From positions 9,836 to 73,835 of the forward strand of contig CAVZMI010000012.1 of assembly GCA_963776275.1 (NCBI GenBank): a stretch of DNA of 64,000 bases. Reading direction: 5' to 3'. Shown one piece after another: positions 46,358-56,021 of this stretch; position 1 is the first letter of the stretch, and each line of letters starts with the position of its first letter. The notes under the pieces are model-generated. The model was given only the letters and a program-made list of their open reading frames with translations, ran no database searches and had not been told where the DNA came from. Source of the stretch: Ignavibacteriota bacterium (GTDB taxonomy: Bacteria; Bacteroidota; Ignavibacteria; UBA10030; CAVZMI01). The position numbers and the translations under genes are program-made.

Positions 46358-46639
46358 ATGTATGACCGCATTCTTCACCGAATGAAAGAAAAAATTCGCA
46401 CCCGGCAATATGTCATGACGATTCACGCCGAGGAGGAGAAGGATGCAGATGGATTGGGTATTTTGGATGTTGAAAACTGTATCCTGACGGGACAGATTGT
46501 GGGGCGATAGAAAGATAAAGTTACCTCAGAATGGAAGTACCGCATCACGGGTAAAAGTATGTCCGGGCATAGAATGGAGTTAATTGTTAAAATTAGTCCA
46601 ACTGGAAAATTGGTAATAATTACAGTATATTTATCTTAA
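46358..46639 (+). pseudogene. DUF4258-type putative toxin with internal TAG (46508)
   Basis: My translation: YVMTIHAEEE..DVENCILTG..*..KYRITG..LVIITVY. Confidence 0.75.
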
Positions 46640-46661
46640 TAGACAAAAGCAGAAATATATT

Positions 46662-46889
46662 ATGAAATGTGACATTTGCGGCAAAGACGGTGCGAAAGTA
46701 AGACGGGTGGCTCGCACCTACGGCAAAGGGAAACGATTGTTAGTCATCGAGAATGTGCCTGTAGTGTCGTGTCCTAACTGTGGTGAAAGCTACTTGACTG
46801 CTGAGACCCTTCATGAAATAGAGCGACTCAAGGCACATCAGAAAAGTCTGGCCTCAGAACGACGGGTACGGACTTTAGCATATGCCTAG
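46662..46889 (+). CDS. YgiT-type zinc finger / MqsA-family antitoxin
   Basis: CDIC...VIENVPVVSCPNCGESY. Confidence 0.85.
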   Translation: MKCDICGKDGAKVRRVARTYGKGKRLLVIENVPVVSCPNCGESYLTAETLHEIERLKAHQKSLASERRVRTLAYA

Positions 46890-47384
46890 GACCCGCGTTG
46901 ACTGAGCGTAGCACGCTGTACTTCAATCCCGCTTCCCGTTCATGGGAAGCGGGACTTTCTGTCACTTTCTTTTTCTAAAAGAAAGTGACACTTGTGTCGA
47001 GCATCAGTCGAGACACTAGTGCCTTGGCAACCATTAAATTTTACAAATGAGTTTGTTTTTGTGGAGGAGATGCTTCTATATTGTTTTTTCCATAGTAAAA
47101 AAATCCTCGAGGACAAAATCGCTGGAGCGCGGCGGGAAGAAGGGGGGGCGTGTGTAGGCGCCATTTTGTGCGTTTCGATCGAGGCATATGGAAAGACATA
47201 TAATAAGGCCGAGATCGACGGATTCGCGATTGCCATTTTAATAGCGTGTGAAGGAGGCCACTTCACGCGGGTTGCGATTTTGTCAGCGCATATTAACGAA
47301 CTTAGAATTTATTACCAGTGCGCAGTACCTTTAGGTGCAGGCTTTCTTTCTGTCACTTTCTTTTCCTAAAAGAAAGTGACCCCC

Positions 47385-47646
47385 TACCCCCATACTTGCT
47401 TTTCACCCCCGCTCTTCTTATACTCTTCGCAATACCTCTCAAGATACTATGAAGATGTACAATTGTATATACTTAACCGGTTACAGTCAAAAGAAATGAA
47501 AACGCTATCCCGATTTATGGGGACTACTTTGTGGTACGGTGAAACAGTCCCGCTTCGCCGTCCTAAAGGACTGCTACGCTGAGCTCAGCGAGGCGAGACC
47601 GTTTCACGGTATTGCGTTGCTTGCGGTGTTTAGGAGATCGTTAAGG
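47385..47646 (+). repeat. Platform copy 4
   Basis: TTGCTT 47396-N17-TATACT 47419; same leader as copy 2 including its insert; diverges at ~47619 before GTTAAGG 47640. Confidence 0.88.
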
Positions 47647-47648
47647 AC

Positions 47649-48476
47649 ATGATCGCATACCTCATCTTGGTGCATCGGTATCCCGGCCAGTTCAAAAGAC
47701 TCTTTAGGGCAATTTACCATCCCGCCAACTACTACTTGGTACATGTGGATAAGAGATCAGGCATTGGATTACAGACGGAGATACAAGATTTCTTGTCAAG
47801 CTTTGCCAACGCATCCTTGCTGAAAAGCCAAAGCACTCTTTGGGGGGGATACAGCCTGGTAGATGTTGAATTACGAGGCATCGAGGAGTTATTGAAGATC
47901 GGCTCGGAATGGGAATTCTTCATAAACCTTAGCGGACAGGATTTCCCACTAAAGTCGCAGACGCACATCCAAGACTTTCTTAGTCGCAATATAGGAAACG
48001 ATTTCATCAGGGTGGCTAACCAGAGCAAGATACGCCCTGATACACTATCTCGAATCGAGAACTACTGTATCGAATTTAGCAACAGGATACTACGCACTTT
48101 TATCAAGCGACCGTATCTTCGAGGCGTGACGCCTTATATCGGAAATCAGTGGATGATCTTTAGTAGGAAGTTCTGTGAATATATATGCTGCAGCCCTGAG
48201 CTCGAAAGGTTCAAGAGATTCTATCGGCACACCTTCATATCTGATGAAGGATTCTTTCAGACGGTAATAATGAACACTAGCTACAAGGCAACTATCGTGA
48301 ACGACGATAAAAGGACAATTGTGTGGGTGCCGATGGGAACAATAAAGTTACGTCCGAGAGACTTCACATCCAAAGACGCCGAATTCTTGCTAGCAAGTCA
48401 AGGCTTGTTTGCCCGCAAATTCGACGAAACCGTTGATGCAGGAATCTTGAGTATATTGGAGTCGAATCTATCGTAG
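47649..48476 (+). CDS. Core-2/I-branching (GT14) beta-1,6-N-acetylglucosaminyltransferase-like protein
   Basis: IAYLILVH, HVDK, WGGYSLV, INLSGQDFPLK, GNQW, DEGFFQT, FARKFD. Confidence 0.85.
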   Translation: MIAYLILVHRYPGQFKRLFRAIYHPANYYLVHVDKRSGIGLQTEIQDFLSSFANASLLKSQSTLWGGYSLVDVELRGIEELLKIGSEWEFFINLSGQDFPLKSQTHIQDFLSRNIGNDFIRVANQSKIRPDTLSRIENYCIEFSNRILRTFIKRPYLRGVTPYIGNQWMIFSRKFCEYICCSPELERFKRFYRHTFISDEGFFQTVIMNTSYKATIVNDDKRTIVWVPMGTIKLRPRDFTSKDAEFLLASQGLFARKFDETVDAGILSILESNLS

Positions 48477-48692
48477 CCATTTTAACTTATCACGAAGGGC
48501 GGGCTAACACGCGGCTGGAGCCGACCGCCGGAGCGTACGGGTTTAGAGACTTTGGTGCATTCTTCACCGCAACGCAACGAACACATAACAACCAAAACAC
48601 CGACGCTCAATCTTCCCGCCAGAAAGCGGCGGGACACAGAAAACGTGTTTGATATGAATTTGCGCCACTAGAAGGTATGAGTGACGGGTGGA

Positions 48693-49001
48693 TTATGCCA
48701 TCATACGGGAGAGTGTTCTTCGCGATGCTCCAAGAGTCAACAATGAACGAATAAGCAAATCCAATGAAACCGATGGATCGCCCGATTCCATTTTCGCTAC
48801 TCTTGACTGGCTGGATTTTATCATCTTCGCGAGTTTTTCTTGTGTTATTTTTTTCTGTCGACGGGTATTCTGAAGATTCTTACCCAACAATAATTTCAAC
48901 TCGACATAAGCAACTTCTTCCGGTGAAAGGTTCAAGAATTCTTTTGCATCTCCAATCACCCAGCCTTTATTTTCGAGACGTTTTTTCTTATTATTATTCA
49001 T
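48693..49001 (-). CDS. XRE-family HTH antitoxin
   Basis: GWVIGDAKEFL, TQEKLAKMIKSSQSRVAKME, SLDLLIRSL. Confidence 0.85.
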   Translation of the reverse strand: MNNNKKKRLENKGWVIGDAKEFLNLSPEEVAYVELKLLLGKNLQNTRRQKKITQEKLAKMIKSSQSRVAKMESGDPSVSLDLLIRSLLTLGASRRTLSRMMA

Positions 49002-49016
49002 GGTTATACTCCATTT

Positions 49017-49346
49017 TTAGTTATCATACACTCGCATTCTACGCTTACAATTATCAATAACGCTTTTCGGAGTGCGCTGTGCTTTCTTCTCAAATACTTC
49101 CAATATCACAATTGCATCCGGATCAATTCGATATACAATGCGCCAGATTTTTTCTCGATCATTTATTCGTAGTTCATGACACCGTACACCTATTCCAGGC
49201 ATCGGTCGCGAATGGGGTAATGTCAGATGAATACCCATTTGGAGCTGTCGTAATAAATACCCAGCATCAATACGAGCAGCGCTAGATAACGGCGGAGTTT
49301 TTATCTCGCCGTGTAACCAAACGATCGGTTTATCATGACTTTTCAT
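49017..49346 (-). CDS. RelE/ParE (HigB/Gp49-like) toxin
   Basis: PHSRPMP, CHELRI, WRIVY, ILEVFEKK..TP; upstream of HTH gene. Confidence 0.85.
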   Translation of the reverse strand: MKSHDKPIVWLHGEIKTPPLSSAARIDAGYLLRQLQMGIHLTLPHSRPMPGIGVRCHELRINDREKIWRIVYRIDPDAIVILEVFEKKAQRTPKSVIDNCKRRMRVYDN

Positions 49347-49619
49347 GCATGTTCAATATATGTCATTTTTGACATAATGTCAAATAAGTAGTGCGTTATT
49401 TTGCGACACATATAATAAGGCCGAGATCGATGGATTCGCGGTTGCCATCGCAACAGCGCGTGAAGGAAGCCACATCAAGAAGCGGGTTGCTGGGCCAGAG
49501 GCCCATCCGCCTTTGGCGGAGATTTTGTCTCCCGATTCCCGTTCATGGGAAGCGGGACTTTCTGTCACTTTCTTTTTTTAAAAGAAAGTGACACTTGTGT
49601 CGAGCATCAGTCGAGACAC

Positions 49620-49773
49620 CACCCCCATACTTGCTTTTTACCCCCGCTCTGCTTATACTTTTCGCAGTACCTCTCGAGATACGATGAAGATGTACGATAG
49701 TCAAAAGAAATAAAAACGCTATCCTGATTTATAGGGGCTACTTCGTGGTATTGAGTTGTTACGTGAGTTAGCC
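49620..49773 (+). repeat. Platform copy 5 (internally deleted)
   Basis: TTGCTT 49631-N17-TATACT 49654; ends GTTGTTACGTGA-GTTAGCC 49767. Confidence 0.88.
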
Positions 49774-49804
49774 ACCATTGGTCACTTTGGAAGGGATAAT
49801 CTCG

Positions 49805-50302
49805 ATGGAAACTATACAGAGCCAGTCATCAACCCTGATATCAGGATGGAGTATTTCTATTCCTGTTTCAACATACCTTCTTTATTGTGCAATGGTATCT
49901 GTTGCAGTAAGGATAGTTCTGTCTACTTTCAAGGCCCTCGCAATCTCCGGCGGTGAGCACTTGGACGCAAGTGATATGACTCCTTCCAAAGCCGGGGACA
50001 ATTCTATTATTGATGCATCTTTTGGCAAACGGTGGTTGACTGCTTTCTGGGGATTCTCAAGTCATAGGAATATCCGGGACTATTGGCTACCTGCGATCAT
50101 CGGGTTCTGCGAAATGGCTGCATACCCTGTGTTGCTTTTCACGAACGAAGCTGCTGTGATAGGCGGTTGGCTTGCCATCAAAACAGCTGGACAGTGGGGC
50201 GTATGGGAGAGATCACGCACTGCTTTCAATAGGTTCCTCGTCGGAAACCTGGTGGTGCTTGCCATTTCGTTCTTCTGGTTACTTCGATACATTTCACGGT
50301 GA
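49805..50302 (+). CDS. Hypothetical membrane protein (cassette)
   Basis: Several TM segments; bounded by complementary ends 49767-85 / 50309-27. Confidence 0.7.
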   Translation: METIQSQSSTLISGWSISIPVSTYLLYCAMVSVAVRIVLSTFKALAISGGEHLDASDMTPSKAGDNSIIDASFGKRWLTAFWGFSSHRNIRDYWLPAIIGFCEMAAYPVLLFTNEAAVIGGWLAIKTAGQWGVWERSRTAFNRFLVGNLVVLAISFFWLLRYISR

Positions 50303-50320
50303 TTGAACGTGACCAACGGC

Positions 50321-50452
50321 AGCTAACACCGAAAAACTACGACATTCACTTTGTCGATAGTATTGAGTTGAGTTCACTCCACACTTTTGCTCACATCGAA
50401 TGAATCATTAATAGTTCGCAAAAGTACGGCGTAGTGCTTACACACATTGTGC
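50321..50452 (+). other. Degenerate attC-like site
   Basis: AGCTAAC..ACTACG ... CGTAGT..ACAC ATTGTGC. Confidence 0.6.
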
Positions 50453-50509
50453 GCAATGCCTGCATTAAGAAAAAGAGTTAGAGTTCAATGTAGAAATAAC
50501 GAGATTACC

Positions 50510-53500
50510 ATGAAAATAAATCTGGCCATTTTTATTGCCTCAATATTTTTATTATTGTTTCCAAAGCTTTTGTTTGCACAATCCCTGGTTGACCCTGTAA
50601 CAGAGGAAGAAATCAATCTTGTGAAAAGTTTTGCTAATGAAATATGTCCTAGCCTTTCTTATCCTTGGTGCCAGCTTCTCACAATTACTGACCATCTTGA
50701 GGATATAAAAGATATAATTGAAAATGCCGTGAAAATTAAAGAGATTGCCCAAATACAACGTGAGACAAATTCTGGTGAAAGGTTTGAAAATTGTAACAGA
50801 TACAATAGAGGTGTTCAATTAATTTTTTACCTCTGGCAAACGTCAGTCAAATCTGTTCCACAACTATTTCCTCTAATAGGAATAGAAGCTTCTGAATTGG
50901 CTTCGGCAACTCTTTCTGCATCAATTTTTCAGGTTTCAATGGTGTGGGAGGTACAGCGTACAGTATTATCTCATGGGATTAATAATTTAAAAGGTGGTTT
51001 ACAACTATATGATTTCGCTATTTATGAAACAAATATACTTTTTGAGGATGTAAGTAATGGTGGATTTGATATTGCAGAGCAGGCATTGATCAATGACTTT
51101 GAGTTGCATGCATGGCCTCATCAAGCGAATGCGGGTAACGTTTCGTACCCGGGAGTGGATACCCACAGCGTCTATGAATGGCAGCATGGTTCGGCTTCAA
51201 TACGATATAGTCGAATTATAACTTTCAACGGCATGATAGATAATGTAGCACAATTTGTATTCTCATTATATTTTTACAACTCAAGCAGTAGTGATCTTAA
51301 TGATAGTGTTTTTATTGCATTGGTCGATGACAATGGCAATATAATAACCGGATTGAAAGAGAGACTCCCCATATGGCAGTTTACTGCGAAATCCTTCGGA
51401 AACGATGCTAATTTTCAGAAAATATCTCTCCCTTTTTATATTCCGATGATTGAAATGGCGAAATTTTCTAATAATGGAAGAGTGAAAATTGATTTTGGAT
51501 ATAATGGTATTGAGGATAATAGTGTGTCTCTTGCTTTGCCTAAGATTCAATCGAATATGGTTGGGCTGACGATTCATGCAACGAAAGGTCGGCAAGCGAG
51601 TGTAACATTTAATATATCTTGCGGTGGAAGTAAAAACGCAGGAGATATAAGATCCTATCCATTCAACGTTAGAAAAAATAACTCGTTACTTGCTGATAGC
51701 TGGTTTGCACAATCATCACCACTTAAGGATTTAAAATTGGGTGAAACAAGATGGGTAACGATTTTTATCAATGTTCCAAGTGATGCGGAAACAGGTAGCT
51801 ATCAAGGTGAATATATAGCAGAGGCTTCTGGAGGAGGAATTCTTTTCCTGCCAACCAATATAACAATATCACAAGATAATGTAGAACCAGGGACGATTAC
51901 AAATCTCCAGGCACAAACTGGAGGAAAGGGAGAAATAAAACTTTCTTGGACTGCATCGGGAGATGATGGATACTTGGGTAAAACAACTTCCTATACATTA
52001 AAATATTCAACGAACTTTTTAAACGAATCAACTTGGAATAGTGCGATAGAAGTATCAGCACCTCCCACACCTCAATCAGCTGGTAGCAGTGAATCATTCT
52101 CTATAAGTAACTTAACACCGGCTCAACTTTATTATATTGGCATCAAAGCAAAAGATGCTGCTGGCAACTTTTCTAGTCTGTCCAATATCACGAGTGCAAA
52201 CGCTGGAATAAATCCCGCTGAAGATACTGTGCATGTAATTATTCCTACTGGCGGTGATAGCAGCTCGTATACTCTAAAATTTGATTGCGTTGATCTCAAT
52301 CAAGTTTCCTATTTTACGCTTGGATACGATAATGACACAAACAGTTCAACTTACCATAACATCGTACAATGGCAAACACAAAGTGCAACTGTCTGTAGTT
52401 ATTCTTGGGATGTAGGTTCTGTGCCAGAGGGAAATTATTATATTCTTTCGATAATATCAAAGCCTGCGTCTCCGCAAGCTATTGTAAAGTACAGTCAGAC
52501 GAAGATAACGATAAGCCATGGCAACGATAGCAGTTATGAACCGAATGACGACATAGAGCATGCCTGGGGGCCTATCGTAAGTGGAGAGAATATTTATTCC
52601 ATGTTATCGATCGTGAATGATAGGGATTACTTCTATTTTTGGCCAGGATCAAATACCCACATAAGTGGCTTACTCTTTATTCCAGTTGGAAGTCAATACG
52701 ATGCTAGTATTATGAATACAGGTACTACAATTAACAATACCTCAACTTACCATAATAATGGTAATTACGTAGACTTTAGTGCCGATGTTGTAAATAATGT
52801 CTCAGGACCTGTCTATGTGGGAATAAGTCCGATCCTCCCATTTGGTCCAACATCCCAGTACAGAATAATAGTAAATTGTACTTCAAGAGTTTTTCAACCA
52901 TCTTGTTATGCAATAGTAAATATAACAAGTCCGACCCATTGGCAAAAAACATTACCATTTACTATAGACATCCATTCTTTAAATAACGATGCTGTGAAGT
53001 TCGATATTCAATATCGAGATGATTTAGATAATGATTGGCATTTCCTTTATACAAGATTAGACCCAATATCAGCCCAAAGAAAGCCATTCCTTTTTGCACT
53101 TGATGGACACAATTATCATTTTCGAGCGCGGGGGATTGATCCGATTGGTGGCGAAGGCCCGTTTACCGAGTCACCTTTTGGAGTTGTCACAATTGATCTG
53201 ACTCCTCCAACTTCTGCCGTCGATCCATTAAAAGAATTTCAAACACAACCAAATTTTCCTGTGTCGTGGAAAGGCTCGGATGCAACATCTGGTATTATGA
53301 GTTACAAAGTTCAATATCGAAAGAATGATGGAGGCTGGGTAGATTGGATAATATCAACTTCTGATACTGTGAGAACTTTCGGGATTTCTGTTGATGCATC
53401 TATGAAATACAATGACAAATATGATTTTCGTTCAATAGCAGCGGATTCTGCTGGCTGGGCTGAGACAGATGTACCACAAGGTGGCGATGCTTCTACTACT

Positions 53501-54427
53501 ATAATGGCAGATCTCATTTCTCCTCACAACATCACTGATTTACACGCATCCTCAGGTCAAGATACGGGGAGTGTAATGCTGAAATGGAACGCTGTCGGTA
53601 ACGATGGAGATTCTGGAGTTTGTTCATTCTATGTTTTTAAATATTCCCTGTATTCAATAACGGACTCTAATTGGGATATGGCTAAGTTTATTCCTAATTC
53701 GCCTACGCCCGTACCACCAGGTCAGCCACAAAATCTTATTGTTCAAGGTCTTACTCAAGGTGAGCATTTGTATTTTGCAGTAAGAGTGGTTGACGACGCT
53801 GGCAATATTTCTATTACATCAAATAGTGCAGACACGATTGTTACAACGAAAGATACAATACCGCCATCAATTATTCTGGGCCCAAGAGTTTTCAATAATG
53901 ATTACCATTCAGCCATATTATTCTGGGCTACAAATGAATTAAGTCGAGGTGATGTTGAATATGGATCCGACACCAGCTATGGATACTCTGTTTTTGATTC
54001 TGTTTTATCGACAGGTCATAATGCTGTCTTGAATGGCTTAGATTCAGGAAGAATTTATCATTTCAAAATTCAAATAATAGATCGTTGGGGAAATAATAAA
54101 GTTACCAAAGACTCCATCTTTTTTTTGATTACTAGCATTAATACTGAAGAAGTGGGTGTACCTGATAGATATGAGTTGTACCAGAATTATCCAAACCCAT
54201 TTAATCCAAACACCAAGATTGAATTTGATCTGCCCAAAGAATCATTTGTCATACTTAGGGTTTACAATATTCTTGGACAAGAGGTGGCAACCTTAGTGAG
54301 TGAGAAGCTTTCCGCAGGAAGGTATGCGATTCAGTTAAATGGATCGATTCTTGCAAGTGGTATCTATTTCTATCGTCTCACTGCTGCCGATTTCATTAAA
54401 ACAAAGAAGCTCTTGTTGCTGAAATGA
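50510..54427 (+). CDS. Large secreted fibronectin-III multidomain protein with T9SS-type CTD (cassette)
   Basis: Signal peptide, LSWTASGDDG / LKWNAVGNDG Fn3 motifs, YEPND, YPNPFNP CTD. Confidence 0.85.
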   Translation: MKINLAIFIASIFLLLFPKLLFAQSLVDPVTEEEINLVKSFANEICPSLSYPWCQLLTITDHLEDIKDIIENAVKIKEIAQIQRETNSGERFENCNRYNRGVQLIFYLWQTSVKSVPQLFPLIGIEASELASATLSASIFQVSMVWEVQRTVLSHGINNLKGGLQLYDFAIYETNILFEDVSNGGFDIAEQALINDFELHAWPHQANAGNVSYPGVDTHSVYEWQHGSASIRYSRIITFNGMIDNVAQFVFSLYFYNSSSSDLNDSVFIALVDDNGNIITGLKERLPIWQFTAKSFGNDANFQKISLPFYIPMIEMAKFSNNGRVKIDFGYNGIEDNSVSLALPKIQSNMVGLTIHATKGRQASVTFNISCGGSKNAGDIRSYPFNVRKNNSLLADSWFAQSSPLKDLKLGETRWVTIFINVPSDAETGSYQGEYIAEASGGGILFLPTNITISQDNVEPGTITNLQAQTGGKGEIKLSWTASGDDGYLGKTTSYTLKYSTNFLNESTWNSAIEVSAPPTPQSAGSSESFSISNLTPAQLYYIGIKAKDAAGNFSSLSNITSANAGINPAEDTVHVIIPTGGDSSSYTLKFDCVDLNQVSYFTLGYDNDTNSSTYHNIVQWQTQSATVCSYSWDVGSVPEGNYYILSIISKPASPQAIVKYSQTKITISHGNDSSYEPNDDIEHAWGPIVSGENIYSMLSIVNDRDYFYFWPGSNTHISGLLFIPVGSQYDASIMNTGTTINNTSTYHNNGNYVDFSADVVNNVSGPVYVGISPILPFGPTSQYRIIVNCTSRVFQPSCYAIVNITSPTHWQKTLPFTIDIHSLNNDAVKFDIQYRDDLDNDWHFLYTRLDPISAQRKPFLFALDGHNYHFRARGIDPIGGEGPFTESPFGVVTIDLTPPTSAVDPLKEFQTQPNFPVSWKGSDATSGIMSYKVQYRKNDGGWVDWIISTSDTVRTFGISVDASMKYNDKYDFRSIAADSAGWAETDVPQGGDASTTIMADLISPHNITDLHASSGQDTGSVMLKWNAVGNDGDSGVCSFYVFKYSLYSITDSNWDMAKFIPNSPTPVPPGQPQNLIVQGLTQGEHLYFAVRVVDDAGNISITSNSADTIVTTKDTIPPSIILGPRVFNNDYHSAILFWATNELSRGDVEYGSDTSYGYSVFDSVLSTGHNAVLNGLDSGRIYHFKIQIIDRWGNNKVTKDSIFFLITSINTEEVGVPDRYELYQNYPNPFNPNTKIEFDLPKESFVILRVYNILGQEVATLVSEKLSAGRYAIQLNGSILASGIYFYRLTAADFIKTKKLLLLK

Positions 54428-54677
54428 ATTCTAATGATTGGGCACTGCGCACAACAACAGCAAAAACTGTTCGCCCCGCAATCCTTCGACAAGCTCAGGA
54501 TCACGCGGGAGTTTGGGTTCTTACACTCTATCACTGAAATGGTTCGCTTACGCTAAAGCTCCGGCAAAAAGGCTCGCCTCGTTCCGCTCGGCGGAGCGGG
54601 TTGGCTCTTGAATTTGTACAGAGCAGTTGCCATGGGTGCATAATTTAATTTTAACATCAATAGGAAGATTCATCCTT

Positions 54678-55214
54678 ATGAAAATCACTGATACCGTTAG
54701 TTGGCATGCCTTCACCTACACTCAACTTTATCCAGCAGTATTGGGATCGATGTTATACGATATTCTTCATTTTCCATCAAAGTGGCATCCTATTAACATC
54801 GTGAAATGGTCACTCACTATCTTCTATTGTATTGACTACTTCAACCTGCATTCTAATCTTAAATCCGACAAGCCTGAAAATGCGAATGCAATTGATATCC
54901 TAATAGATACAGTGGTCGCAATTCTATTTGGTGTCGCTTATTGGCTAGCATATGACGGTGAAACGGCTTTATCGTACTTATTTTTCTTATTGATCACAAT
55001 TCTCTTTATTCTTTATTATTGCCGTTCACCAAGACGAATATATAGAAATCTAGTCTCGATATCTTATTTATCAATACTTGCAGCAGTAGCAACCATTTAT
55101 CATTTTTGTGGTGGACAATTATTATTGCTAATTTGGATGCTGGCTTTGATGCCTGTAATTGTTTATGCTATTTTTGTTTTTCACCTGTCCAATTTCCCTG
55201 TTAAAACGAAATGA
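54678..55214 (+). CDS. Hypothetical membrane protein (cassette)
   Basis: AT-rich polytopic ORF followed by GCAGCTAAT and a hairpin. Confidence 0.65.
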   Translation: MKITDTVSWHAFTYTQLYPAVLGSMLYDILHFPSKWHPINIVKWSLTIFYCIDYFNLHSNLKSDKPENANAIDILIDTVVAILFGVAYWLAYDGETALSYLFFLLITILFILYYCRSPRRIYRNLVSISYLSILAAVATIYHFCGGQLLLLIWMLALMPVIVYAIFVFHLSNFPVKTK

Positions 55215-55258
55215 GTATGACGAGGCAGACAATTGTGATATATCAAAAAGCACACGGC

Positions 55259-55376
55259 AGCTAATGGGCGCAAAAATGTTGGCTATCTAAATTCCAAACG
55301 AACGTTGGGTCGCTCATCCCGTCCCGAGAATCGGGACGGGACGCCCCAACGTCATTTTTGTGCTGCACTTTATGCC
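55259..55376 (+). other. Degenerate attC-like site
   Basis: AGCTAAT, GCAAAAATG ... CATTTTTGTGC, core-like TTTATGCC. Confidence 0.6.
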
Positions 55377-56016
55377 GAAAGGCAGCCCAAAGCACTCTTC
55401 TTGCCCACCCGGAGGATTAGAAATGATCAAGGCAACACAGAGAAAAAAAGTAGAAATTTTAACGTACAAACGGCAGGCTGTTGTGAGAGCAAAGGTATAT
55501 ATTGATACACTGAAAGAGCTGGATCGAGAGATCGACCAACTGTGTTCAAGCTGTACTGGTTGACGGAGGAGGAGATACAAATGGTGGAGGGGGCGAGTGC
55601 GCGTTGTCATGGCGGCTAATGCCGCGATGGTGTTGCTTTACCGGGATATCGGCCGCGTGGGATCAAGGTTCTCGATCATCTTATTATCGCGGATTCTCAG
55701 TGTTTTAGTTTTGCCGATGCGGGATTGCTCGATGAACCCAGATTGAATGCAATCGCGCACCAAACTTAACTATAGAATACTGTAGTTCAGTTTACAACGG
55801 TAAACTTAACTATCGACCGTGAAGTACGGCCAACCTTTTTCGCCTAACAGCAGTTTTCTTTTTCACCCGGAGGATTAGAAATGATCATTGCAACAGATAG
55901 GAAAAAAGCAGAAATTTTAACATACAAAATGGAAGAGACTGTCGTGAGAGCAAAGGCATATATTGATACACTGAAAGCGCTGGATCGAGAGATCGACCAA
56001 CTGTGTTCAAGCTGTA
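55372..56016 (+). pseudogene. Gene scraps: two deleted copies of the ICL/PEP-mutase cassette plus R-M, DUF1016-like and RadC-like fragments
   Basis: Identity to 57320-57980; motifs DREIDQL.FKLY.LTEEEIQMVEG, AANAAMVLLYRDIGR, GIKVLDHLII...SFADAGLL. Confidence 0.65.
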
Positions 56017-56021
56017 AAATT

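Noticed and set aside
37757-49785. CRISPR array or DGR template/variable repeats
   Set aside because: Repeats are long, irregularly spaced and separated by whole genes; no cas or reverse transcriptase gene; differences are not adenine-specific.
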